The notes below the pieces were generated by a model that had not been told where the DNA came from, made no database searches, and saw nothing but the letters and a program-made list of their open reading frames with translations. Source: Promethearchaeia archaeon (GTDB lineage Archaea > Asgardarchaeota > Lokiarchaeia > Sigyniarchaeales > SOKP01). From it: a stretch of DNA of 35,303 nt. This document shows, piece by piece, positions 26,682-35,303 of the stretch (positions are counted from its first letter, which is position 1; each line of letters starts with the position of its first letter). Both the position numbers and the translations under genes were made by a program. Where the stretch lies: NCBI GenBank assembly GCA_029856145.1, contig JAHQWK010000014.1, positions 1-35,303 on the forward strand, in the 5' to 3' direction.

Positions 26682-27899
26682 TTACTTTTTTATTTCTAAT
26701 AAAACATTTTTTATTGCGAGTAAATCCAAATCACTTTTTATTGATAAGAAATCAAAATGGGTCCTTGAAGCGTGATATCCCAATTTTTTAATTTCATTAA
26801 GAATATCTTCAATTTTTGGAACAGATGTCAGTTTTAAGTTTTGGCAAAGCTTATGAATATTATAATAAGAAATGGACATATCATTTTCTTCGATAGCGTA
26901 AGTTAAGAGTTTTTCTATTCTTTTTTTATTTGGAGATTTGGAATTGTTATTTAAAGTAAGTATTTTTTTTATAAAATTTGCATCATGAATTTTACCAATC
27001 CATAAAGGTCCAGCATAATCAAGATCTCCTATGTTATCACATACAGGGCATTCTTTGGGTAAATTTAAGACATTATTTCTAAACGCTGATCGATATCCAC
27101 AATTATTACAATGTATTATGTAACCAAAATTTTTATAAAATTTTGAAATTTTTTTCTTATCCTTAAATGATAAACAGAACAATCTGATAAAATGGCCAGA
27201 ATAGAAGGTTAACAGGGGGACTATACCGATCTTATTTATATTTGCTATTCGAGAAGTGAAGTATATTAAAATTCGTCCACCAATTTCTTTACAATATTCA
27301 GTATGAAGGGGTTTAGATAAATATTTCCTAATACATGCATTTGGTCTTACTCCAAATAAGACCGCTGTGTCGGTAGCTGTAATACACATCAAACCATTTA
27401 CTTTTTGTAATGTTTTAAAGGCAGAATCTATGTAAAGATTGGGCGTTCCAAACGGATCGATTGAAATTACATTTGGTTTTTTCTGTTTTTCACTTGATTC
27501 ACTCACAATTTCAGAAAAAAGGAGGTTTGCATCCTTGTTCGTTACTACAAATTGAATGTGCTCTTTATCTAAATTATTTAACTTCATATTTTCCTTAATT
27601 AGTCTAACGGCCTCGGGATTAATATCATTAATATAACTCTTTTTTACTTTTGTACACTCTTTTAAAATTCTAATAGCACTTACTCCCGATGCTGCCATAG
27701 AATCTACAATAATTAGCTCGTCTTGATTAAACAAATCGCTATAAGCACTTATACCTAATATTGAAATATCACGATTAATCTCCATTCTTTTATTATAAAA
27801 AACATTCATAGATTTCGAAGGGATTGAGTCCTTATCAACGTCATGAATGTAAAATTCTGTTGAGCCTTCCCTGATTAAAGTTAGATCTTTTTGTTCCAT
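26682..27899 (-). CDS. trm1: tRNA (guanine-N2)-dimethyltransferase
   Basis: VFYNKRMEINRDIS, DSMAASGVSAIR, INDINPEA, IDPFGTP, CITATDTAVL, HCNNC...CPVC, AGPLWIG, ASRTHF. Confidence 0.95.
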   Translation of the reverse strand: MEQKDLTLIREGSTEFYIHDVDKDSIPSKSMNVFYNKRMEINRDISILGISAYSDLFNQDELIIVDSMAASGVSAIRILKECTKVKKSYINDINPEAVRLIKENMKLNNLDKEHIQFVVTNKDANLLFSEIVSESSEKQKKPNVISIDPFGTPNLYIDSAFKTLQKVNGLMCITATDTAVLFGVRPNACIRKYLSKPLHTEYCKEIGGRILIYFTSRIANINKIGIVPLLTFYSGHFIRLFCLSFKDKKKISKFYKNFGYIIHCNNCGYRSAFRNNVLNLPKECPVCDNIGDLDYAGPLWIGKIHDANFIKKILTLNNNSKSPNKKRIEKLLTYAIEENDMSISYYNIHKLCQNLKLTSVPKIEDILNEIKKLGYHASRTHFDFLSIKSDLDLLAIKNVLLEIKK

Positions 27900-28026
27900 T
27901 ATACTATATTAAATAAATAAATAAAAAAGATTAACCTTTGTAATCTTTTTAGTAATAGGATTTGGAAAATCATGAAGATATCATATTTATAATATTAGAT
28001 TATCTGGAAATTAGCCATATCTTATA

Positions 28027-28716
28027 TTATTCAAATCCTTTTTCTCTTAAATTTGATATGAATTCAATTGTATGGTTTTCAGAAATACTAGTAAAATAAA
28101 ATTTTCTCTCATTTAATTTTTTAGTCTTAGTTATCTTTAAATTATAATTTACCCAAAATTTCATAACACTTCCCCCACTTTGAACAGCGATTATTTGATC
28201 ATCAAGAGCCTTTCTACTTATTTCATTTATTACCAAAATTTCAATACCATAAATTTCGTTTAAATAAGTTAAATTAGCTAGCATTTGATTCAATTGGTAA
28301 TTTAGATTATAGTTCTTCTCTTTCTTGTCTTTATTTAATTCTAATCGATATAAATTAGTTATTGAATCTAATATAATTAATTCCAATTTGGGCTTATTGC
28401 TGTTTAAATAATTTAAAATCAAAAATTCAAAATTAAAAATGATTCTATTCAATTCATTAAAGTTAGTAGTCTGAATAAACAATATATTATCCAAAATATC
28501 ATTATAGTCTTTATTAATCAATATTATTTTTTCAGAGGGGAATTTGGGTTTGGTATATACGTATATGGTGAATTTTCCAAGTTTTGCAGAATTCATAGCT
28601 GTTTGGAGCGCAAATGTTGTCTTTCCAACTCCAAAATCCCCAAATACAGAAAAAATACCTTGCAAAGTATCTAGAGAATTAAAATATTTATTTAATTCTA
28701 AGATTGGAAATTTCAT
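28027..28716 (-). CDS. RadB-like RecA-family paralog, degenerate
   Basis: Walker A GDFGVGKTTFALQ, Walker B LIILDSITNLYR, ILVINEI, SGGSVMKFW, C-terminal REKGFE. The DTE motif is replaced by YTK. Confidence 0.8.
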   Translation of the reverse strand: MKFPILELNKYFNSLDTLQGIFSVFGDFGVGKTTFALQTAMNSAKLGKFTIYVYTKPKFPSEKIILINKDYNDILDNILFIQTTNFNELNRIIFNFEFLILNYLNSNKPKLELIILDSITNLYRLELNKDKKEKNYNLNYQLNQMLANLTYLNEIYGIEILVINEISRKALDDQIIAVQSGGSVMKFWVNYNLKITKTKKLNERKFYFTSISENHTIEFISNLREKGFE

Positions 28717-28760
28717 GTAATTAAAAATTATTAATTTTATCTAATATTTATAATTATAAT

Positions 28761-29615
28761 TTGAGAAATAAAATTTTATATATTAGAACAGAAAATTTAA
28801 ACTTTTTTTATAGAATAAATAAGGAACTAACTCGATTAAATATTAAGTTCGTAGTTTTAAATGTAAGAGATAAATTACCAAATCTTCCTTCTGTAATTCT
28901 TACAACTTCAGAAGAGATTCATAGATTTAAAAATTCCTATGAAAAATTAAAAATACTCACTTATTCTTATGAGGAAAATTTTCAACATTATGTTTTAAAA
29001 GTACTAGCGGCTTATAAAATAGAATACAAAGATTATTATTCAGAGTTAATGTTTTCTATAGACCCTGGCACTAAACAAATCGGAATTGCTATATTTTTAG
29101 ATGACTTATTTTTAATTTCTCATACCATTTATGATAAAAAAGAATTCATTGAATTTATCAACGATAAAGTGGGTTGCTTCCAAAAAGATACCCCTTTTTT
29201 AATGAAACTAGAATTTAAATTTGGAAGTGGTGTTTTACCATTAACAATCGAGCTTTTAAAAGAGGTATATGATAGTTTTGGTTCGAGAAAAAACATGAAA
29301 TTATCATTAATTGATGAGTCTAAATCATCAAAAACTAAAATTAAAGATAAAAAAAAGAGAGTAAGAACCACACATGAAGTTTCAGCGTTGATTTTGGCTC
29401 TAAGAAATGGTATAGAAATAAATCAATCAAATTATTCTAAAATTTTCAAAAAGATTAAATTACAGGAGTCGAATTATAATAAGGATTATAAAAAAAATCT
29501 TGTAGAATTCGATGAATCTATAGTTGATTTAAAAGAACTAATAGGTAAAATATTAAATAATGAAATTTCTCTAAGTCATTCTTCTAAAATCCTTTATGGA
29601 AATATCACAGATTAA
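28761..29615 (+). CDS. Protein with a YqgF/RuvC-like RNase H-fold nuclease domain
   Basis: FSIDPGTKQIGIAIF, FGSG, LIDESKSS, HEVSALILA. Divergent from the RadB-like gene. Confidence 0.65.
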   Translation: MRNKILYIRTENLNFFYRINKELTRLNIKFVVLNVRDKLPNLPSVILTTSEEIHRFKNSYEKLKILTYSYEENFQHYVLKVLAAYKIEYKDYYSELMFSIDPGTKQIGIAIFLDDLFLISHTIYDKKEFIEFINDKVGCFQKDTPFLMKLEFKFGSGVLPLTIELLKEVYDSFGSRKNMKLSLIDESKSSKTKIKDKKKRVRTTHEVSALILALRNGIEINQSNYSKIFKKIKLQESNYNKDYKKNLVEFDESIVDLKELIGKILNNEISLSHSSKILYGNITD

Positions 29616-29882
29616 AACAAAATAATAAGCTATTATTATTCCTTGATTTTTCACATTAATAATTAAAAATATACTCAATTGAGATAATCATGAAGAGATT
29701 AAAAAGCATTGATATTTTTTGTGGATTATGTATGTCTTGAATGATTTTAGCACATTTAATTGATTGGTGGGTGAAAAGTGAATTTTCTTGGTTAAAAAAC
29801 CTTACATCGATGATATTAGTATCTAAACACGCACTAAGAATTGAAGAGAAAAAACATAATAGTACTAAAAAATAGAGCTGCA

Positions 29883-30665
29883 ATGAAAGAAAGAATTGAT
29901 ATTCTATTAGTAGAAAGAAGATTTGCTAAAAGTAGAATTAAAGCACAGTGGCTTATAAAAAATGGTTATGTATTCGCCAATAAAAAACAAATAACGAAGC
30001 CTAGCAAGAGAATTGATAATTTGATTGAAATCGAAGTGACAAAACAATTCCCTTATGTTGGTCGTGGAGGATTGAAATTAGAAGCAGCATTAAAAGATTT
30101 TTCAATTTCAGTTAAAGGAAAGATTTGTGCTGATATTGGAGCATCTATAGGAGGATTTACAGATTGTTTAGTCAAACATGGTGCATCAAAAGTATATGCA
30201 ATCGATACTGCTACTGATTTCCTTCACTCTTCCTTAAGATCCGAAGAAATAAAAGAAAAAATTATTCCAATGTTAGGTGTAGATGCTCGCAACTTAATTT
30301 CTGTTGAAGAAAAATTTGATATTTGTACTATAGATGTAACATTTGCTTCAATTACGAGCATCTTACCAAATGTTAAAAGAATACTCAAAAAAAATGGTGA
30401 TATTATTGCATTAGTAAAACCTATTTTTGAAACAGATTTTCATGATAGTAAAAAGTTTAAAATTATAAAAGATCCTAACCAACTTTTTCAGATTCTTAAG
30501 GATCTAATTAAATGGAATATAAAAAATCGATTTTATCCATATAAGATTGTTAAATCCCCAATATTGGGTAAGGAAGGGTCAATAGAATTTTTAATTCATC
30601 TAAGATTTGAGAAATTTGACAAAAATTTTGACTACAATAAGAAAATAAGAGAAATTTTGAAATAG
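29883..30665 (+). CDS. tlyA: TlyA-family rRNA 2'-O-methyltransferase (S4 plus FtsJ domains)
   Basis: MKERIDILLVER...SRIKAQWLI (S4), YVGRGGLKLEAAL, DIGASIGGFTDCL, TIDVTFAS, ALVKPIFE, SPILGKEGSIEF. ATG 29883 is in frame with the track start at 29841. Confidence 0.92.
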   Translation: MKERIDILLVERRFAKSRIKAQWLIKNGYVFANKKQITKPSKRIDNLIEIEVTKQFPYVGRGGLKLEAALKDFSISVKGKICADIGASIGGFTDCLVKHGASKVYAIDTATDFLHSSLRSEEIKEKIIPMLGVDARNLISVEEKFDICTIDVTFASITSILPNVKRILKKNGDIIALVKPIFETDFHDSKKFKIIKDPNQLFQILKDLIKWNIKNRFYPYKIVKSPILGKEGSIEFLIHLRFEKFDKNFDYNKKIREILK

Positions 30666-30712
30666 CTCAATAAATATAAATTTTTAATTAGCTTTTTTGA
30701 TATAAAGAATCC

Positions 30713-31885
30713 TTATTTCTTAGGGTAATTTAGGAACATTTTACCCCATTCTGTTTGAAAGAATCTCTTGATTGTTCGTTTTCCAATTGTTGGGTACCAT
30801 AACATATCATGATAAATCATCGAGGCATACGTAGGTCCTAGAAAGAAGAGTTCACTTCTAAATAATGGATGCAGAAATTGTAAAGCTCCTTTACGTACCA
30901 TTTGGTCTCCCCAAATGACTACACTTCGTTTAACTTTAAAATTCCAATTTAAATTAGACACATCTTCACCAACAATTTCAATTTGGTCGAAATCTCCACA
31001 TCCCAAACCTTCTTCGTGAGCCATTTTTATCGCGGGTAACTTTAAAGGTTCAAATCCCATCATTTTAGCAACAATCGCATCAACGGCAACTTGATCATAA
31101 CCAGCAAGAATATAATTTTTAATACGAGGGATCATAGTTCTTGGTCCAGCTCCATCACCACACACAGTTCCATCTACAATCGCCAGAATACTTGGATGAA
31201 TTTGTTTTTGGATAATAAGTAAATCTACTAACACTTCAGACATATACTGATGTGAGAAATGCCTTCTTTTTGTTAAAAGCCCTCCAAAAGCATTTTTCAT
31301 AGCACAAGTTATACCCCCATGCTTCATTTCTCCAGTAGTCTTTTTTAATGACCCTCCAACAGCCCCTGTATGCCCATGGGTTTTCATGGTCGGGAGATGT
31401 ATTATAGGTTTCCCTACATAAAACTCCGGAATAAGAAAACCCTCTGGAAAAATTTTAGAATCTAAAGCATGTAAACTTTTATTTTTCAGTGAAAGAAATT
31501 TGGATCTTAAAGATTCATATGGAACAAAAGGGATTCGAGTTAAGGGTACAAACCATACACCATATTTCTTGAAAATTGGACCCCATTTATTTCCCTTTAA
31601 GCCTTTTTCTATATTTGTAACCACAGTTCTATTTTCAGCTGTGAATAGTTTTTTAGGATCATAACCATCATGTATCATAGTTTTTAATATTCCTTCTACT
31701 TGCCAAGGGGGGCTAGAGCAAGCAGGAAAGAATTTTGACCAACTAAGATTTAATTTAAGAATAACTTTTTCATTTTTTTTAAAATATTTTGCATAATCTG
31801 CCAATTGCATTACTTTTCTATAATCATCAAGAACAGTTTTAGGTGAAGTTTTGATTATAAAAACTTTGGAATTTTTAGGCATCAT
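30713..31885 (-). CDS. DUF362-family (Fe-S-associated) protein
   Basis: ILKLNLSW, HLPTMKTHGH, ITCAMKNAFGGL, IVDGTVCGDGAGP, DQVAVDAIVAKMMGFEP. Confidence 0.85.
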   Translation of the reverse strand: MMPKNSKVFIIKTSPKTVLDDYRKVMQLADYAKYFKKNEKVILKLNLSWSKFFPACSSPPWQVEGILKTMIHDGYDPKKLFTAENRTVVTNIEKGLKGNKWGPIFKKYGVWFVPLTRIPFVPYESLRSKFLSLKNKSLHALDSKIFPEGFLIPEFYVGKPIIHLPTMKTHGHTGAVGGSLKKTTGEMKHGGITCAMKNAFGGLLTKRRHFSHQYMSEVLVDLLIIQKQIHPSILAIVDGTVCGDGAGPRTMIPRIKNYILAGYDQVAVDAIVAKMMGFEPLKLPAIKMAHEEGLGCGDFDQIEIVGEDVSNLNWNFKVKRSVVIWGDQMVRKGALQFLHPLFRSELFFLGPTYASMIYHDMLWYPTIGKRTIKRFFQTEWGKMFLNYPKK

Positions 31886-31963
31886 TATGTATTAAAGCTT
31901 ATACTCTTTTAACTTAATTTCTAAAAATTAATAATCTAATTACTTAAGACAAAAAAAGTGTTT

Positions 31964-31984
31964 AAAAAATAAAATAAAAAAAAA
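31964..31984 (-). terminator. Oligo-T tract (minus strand) after the opp operon
   Basis: A-rich run ending in A9 on the plus strand, about 20 nt past the oppF stop. Confidence 0.45.
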
Positions 31985-32002
31985 TGTTAATATAAAAAGA
32001 AC

Positions 32003-33262
32003 TTAATCAGAGACAAATTCCATTCCTTTATAGGATTTATCCTCTTTCTTAAATGGTAAACACATCATAAAGTGTGTTCCACCAAGTGGAATTCTTCTTG
32101 GATCCTCAATACCACATCCTACGTGTTCACTTTTGTCTTGGCATCTAGGGTGAAATGCACATCCCGCTGGCGGGTTAATAGGACTTGGCACATCCCCTTC
32201 AAGGATAATTCTATTTTGTTTTGAACTTGGATCAAAGGTAGGACGAGCTGATAATAGTGCTCTAGAATATGGATGTGTAGGATTATAAAAAACCTCCTCA
32301 ATAGAACCACCTTCAACAAATTTACCTAAATACATAACTCGAATATCATCGGCAATGTGTTGCACTACACTTAAATCGTGAGTTATAAAAAGGTAAGATA
32401 AGCCAAATTTTTGTTGTAATTCCTTTAATAAATTTAAAATCTGGGCTTGAACGGATACATCAAGTGCTGAAGTTGGTTCATCTAGCACAATTATTTCTGG
32501 ATTACATGCTAAAGCTCTTGCTATCACAATCCTTTGCTTCTGACCACCAGAAAATTCATGAGGATATCTATCTAAATGTTCAGCCTTCATTGAAACAGTT
32601 TCCAAAAGCTCAAGAACACGTTGTCTAATTCGAGATTTTCTACTCATGCCTTCTAAAATACGAAGTGGTTCGCCTATAATATTAACAATTCTCCAACGAG
32701 GATTTAAGGATGCATCTGGATCTTGAAAAACCATTTGGACTTTCTTTCTAAAAAACCTATTCATAGTGAAATCTTCAAAGATTTCATATCCTTTTCGTAT
32801 CATTTTTTTATAAAGTTTTCGTATAAATGGGGGTGTTTTAGCAAAGAAATTATTAAATTGCGTAGATCTTGGTTTATATATGTGTGTTGCTCCTGCAAGA
32901 TATATACTTCTTGCTCTTTTCGCAAATCTTTCCCATAATCCTTTAATTCTTCCTGGATCAACTCGGTGATTTCCAAAATATATTTCACCTTCAGTATTCG
33001 GAACAAGATTTAGAATAGTATTACCAATTGTTGTTTTTCCGCATCCACTTTCTCCTACCAATCCTAGCGTTTTTCTCTTTTGAAGTTTAAATGATACACC
33101 ATCTACAGCTTTGACTTCTCCAATTTTGCGTTTGAATATTCCTCCGAAAATTGGGTAATATGTTTTAAGATCTTTGACTTCTAATATTGCTTCCTCTTCT
33201 TTTTTAGAACTTATATTTCTTCCTGTTTTTAAATTTTTGACTTCTTCTTCTCCAATAGTCAT
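32003..33262 (-). CDS. oppF: Oligopeptide/dipeptide ABC transporter ATP-binding protein (OppF/DppF)
   Basis: KAVDGVSF, GESGCGKTT, QMVFQDP, YPHEFSGGQKQR, LDEPTSALDVSVQAQILNLL, PSPINPPAGCAFHPRC. Confidence 0.93.
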   Translation of the reverse strand: MTIGEEEVKNLKTGRNISSKKEEEAILEVKDLKTYYPIFGGIFKRKIGEVKAVDGVSFKLQKRKTLGLVGESGCGKTTIGNTILNLVPNTEGEIYFGNHRVDPGRIKGLWERFAKRARSIYLAGATHIYKPRSTQFNNFFAKTPPFIRKLYKKMIRKGYEIFEDFTMNRFFRKKVQMVFQDPDASLNPRWRIVNIIGEPLRILEGMSRKSRIRQRVLELLETVSMKAEHLDRYPHEFSGGQKQRIVIARALACNPEIIVLDEPTSALDVSVQAQILNLLKELQQKFGLSYLFITHDLSVVQHIADDIRVMYLGKFVEGGSIEEVFYNPTHPYSRALLSARPTFDPSSKQNRIILEGDVPSPINPPAGCAFHPRCQDKSEHVGCGIEDPRRIPLGGTHFMMCLPFKKEDKSYKGMEFVSD

Positions 33263-33293
33263 TTTTTTTATACTCTCTTTTCATATTCTAATT

Positions 33294-34571
33294 TTATATT
33301 TTAAAGGCGTCTTCTTCTTTTTGACTCCAAACATATTTTGGTGTGTCTTTATACTTAGGATCGAAAAGATGACAGGCAACAAAATATTTATCTCCTATCT
33401 CCGTTAATACAGGTTTTATTTTATCACAAATTTCTAACCTATAATCGCATCTTGGATGAAACCTACATCCAGAGGGAGGATAAATTAAATTTGGGACCAT
33501 TCCTCGGATAGTTTTTAATTCTGTATCTCTCTTTTCAATACTTGGAATAGCATCAATTAAGCCTTTTGTATATGGATGACGAGGATTTTTAAACAAGTCT
33601 ACAGCTGTTGCGTATTCAACTATATTTCCACTATACATAACGGCAATCCTGTCGCACAATTCTGCAATAATACCTAAATCATGTGTTATTAAAAGGATTG
33701 AAGTCCTAAATCTCGTTTTTAAATCTTTCATTAAATCGAGAATCTGAGCTTGAATTGTGACATCTAAAGCAGTTGTAGGTTCATCAGCAATTAGTAATGC
33801 AGGATTACATGAGAGTGCCATTGCAATCATTACTCTTTGCCTCATACCGCCACTTAATTCGTGTGGATATCTTTTTAAAATATCTTCAGCATCTGCGATT
33901 CCTACCTCTTTGATAATTCGACTTGCCTTATCTAATCCCACATCCTTTATATTTGGTATATGCGATGCTTCTTTTTTAAGTTCCACAATAACTTCTTCAA
34001 TTTCTATCTTTTCTTCTTCTGATAGTATTATTTCTTTATTATCCAGACTACTTTTAAGGTCTTTTATTTTCTCTAACTTCTTTTTCCTTTCTAAAATTCT
34101 TTTATCAAGGATTTGTTTCATTTCCTCTCCTTGATGTAAAAAGAATACCTCTGATACTTGTTTACCGACTGATAAGACTGGATTGAGTGAATTTAGGGGA
34201 TCTTGGAAAATCATAGTAATTTCTTTTCCACGAAAATCCCTCATATCTTTTTCAGTTAAATCTAAAAGGTCTCTACCTTTAAATATAACAGAACCCTCAA
34301 GTATTTTACCAGGCACTCTCACCAAGCGCAATATTGAAAGAGCTGTAACTGATTTACCACAACCAGTTTCACCAACGAGTCCGAGAGTTTCATCACCATA
34401 CATATCAAAGGATACACCATCAACAGCTTTTACTACTCCTTCCTCTGTATAAAAATATGTCTTAAGATTTTTAATTTCAAGAAGAGGTTTTTCTCCTCTT
34501 TTCATATTTCCTTGTTCAGAAGTTGTTTTTTCCATAATACTAAAAGTTTCAGTTTCTTTTACTTGTTTCAT
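33294..34571 (-). CDS. oppD: Oligopeptide/dipeptide ABC transporter ATP-binding protein (OppD/DppD)
   Basis: GETGCGKSVT, MIFQDP, YPHELSGGMRQRVMIAMAL, ADEPTTALDVTIQAQIL, PPSGCRFHPRC. Confidence 0.93.
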   Translation of the reverse strand: MKQVKETETFSIMEKTTSEQGNMKRGEKPLLEIKNLKTYFYTEEGVVKAVDGVSFDMYGDETLGLVGETGCGKSVTALSILRLVRVPGKILEGSVIFKGRDLLDLTEKDMRDFRGKEITMIFQDPLNSLNPVLSVGKQVSEVFFLHQGEEMKQILDKRILERKKKLEKIKDLKSSLDNKEIILSEEEKIEIEEVIVELKKEASHIPNIKDVGLDKASRIIKEVGIADAEDILKRYPHELSGGMRQRVMIAMALSCNPALLIADEPTTALDVTIQAQILDLMKDLKTRFRTSILLITHDLGIIAELCDRIAVMYSGNIVEYATAVDLFKNPRHPYTKGLIDAIPSIEKRDTELKTIRGMVPNLIYPPSGCRFHPRCDYRLEICDKIKPVLTEIGDKYFVACHLFDPKYKDTPKYVWSQKEEDAFKI

Positions 34572-34617
34572 TTTCCTAATTATTAATGTTAATTAAACTA
34601 ATTTTAATTCTAAAGTT

Positions 34618-35301
34618 TCACAAGTTTTTTAATCTTGGATCTAACGCATCTCTTAACCCATCACCGAGGAGCATGAAACCCAAAACCGTAATTAATATCA
34701 TAAATCCAGGCCACAGAGAAGCCCATGGTGCGTTATAGAGATTTGCTCTTGCAAAATTGATGTCGTTTCCCCACTCTATCATGCTGGGATCGCTAAAACC
34801 CAAATATGAAAGAGCCGCTAACCCTAAAACCCAAGAGCCAACATCAAACGTAAATGAAATGATGATTGGTTGAATAACATTTGGTAATATATGCCGAAAC
34901 ATTATTCTTCCATTTCCCGCTCCAGCCACTCTAGCTGCGTGAATATAGGGTAATTCTCTAGCTTGCAATACATTTCCTCTGATTAATCGTGAATAATATG
35001 GAATCCCTAAAACCCCCCAGACAATCATTATAATGTGAATTTGTTGCCCAACAATTGAAATCACTACTAGCGCTAGAATTAGCCCTGGAAAGGCTAATAA
35101 GATATCACAGATTCTCATCAGAACTGAATCAATCCATCCTCTATAATACGCTGCGATAACACCAACTAATATTCCACCGACAACACTCAACATAATCGCG
35201 GGTAATGCAACTGATAAAGAAGAATATGCTCCAAATATTAACCTTGCTAACACATCTCTTCCTAATTCTGTTGTCCCAAGAGGATGCATCGGGGAAGGAT
35301 C
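34618..35301 (-). CDS. oppC: Oligopeptide/dipeptide ABC transporter permease (OppC/DppC), 5'-truncated by the window edge
   Basis: HPLGTTELGRDVLARLIFG, EAA-like YIHAARVAGA...IMFRHILPN, LGDGLRDALDP. Frame is open to the window end. Confidence 0.93.
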   Translation of the reverse strand, partial: DPSPMHPLGTTELGRDVLARLIFGAYSSLSVALPAIMLSVVGGILVGVIAAYYRGWIDSVLMRICDILLAFPGLILALVVISIVGQQIHIIMIVWGVLGIPYYSRLIRGNVLQARELPYIHAARVAGAGNGRIMFRHILPNVIQPIIISFTFDVGSWVLGLAALSYLGFSDPSMIEWGNDINFARANLYNAPWASLWPGFMILITVLGFMLLGDGLRDALDPRLKNL

Positions 35302-35303
35302 TG

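Noticed and set aside
29656-29883. 75-aa minus-strand ORF between the nuclease gene and tlyA
   Set aside because: It abuts the tlyA start, covers its likely promoter region and has no recognisable motif or RBS.
2448-34452. Other short overlapping track ORFs (e.g. 2448-2687, 7603-7800, 8864-9064, 10202-10432, 14150-14335, 15803-16060, 16320-16526, 20817-21107, 23290-23547, 23772-23969, 24742-24936, 26166-26426, 26584-26775, 29129-29371, 32119-32319, 32723-32938, 32800-33006, 33174-33407, 33757-34134, 34183-34452)
   Set aside because: All overlap better-supported genes in antisense or alternate frames and show no motifs.

Overview
AT-rich archaeal chromosomal window, most likely from an Asgard archaeon of the Lokiarchaeia type. 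This is inferred from archaeal uL22/uS19, Trm1, MptE and a TFEbeta/RPC34-like gene together with eukaryote-signature-like genes (OSTC/DC2-like subunit, UFL1-like winged-helix protein, C4HC3 RING/PHD-like finger). Left end (1-4854): a truncated HerA ATPase followed by one 1189-aa ORF fusing a complete Mre11/SbcD nuclease to a complete Rad50/SbcC ATPase whose coiled coil has no cysteine, hence no zinc hook. At 6547-6614 lie two tandem 30-bp palindromic sites with a 10-6-10 layout resembling tyrosine-recombinase (dif/att) cores. They precede a five-gene, co-oriented block with atypical composition (6670-14363): an orphan, a TFB-like protein with extra cyclin/HTH repeats and no Zn ribbon, a putative membrane-anchored ribbon-helix-helix protein, a HEAT plus multi-winged-helix (UFL1-like) protein and a large membrane protein. 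The rest (14579-35303) is mostly housekeeping: an isolated uS19-uL22 pair, cupin, ribokinase, beta-propeller, ferredoxin, PepD, OSTC-like, GcvH, MptE, two RadA paralogs, TFEbeta, RlmE, Trm1, YqgF-like nuclease, TlyA, DUF362 and the end of an Opp/Dpp ABC transporter operon. I saw no tRNA, rRNA, CRISPR array, transposase or integrase. All family assignments come from motif recognition by eye, not from database searches.
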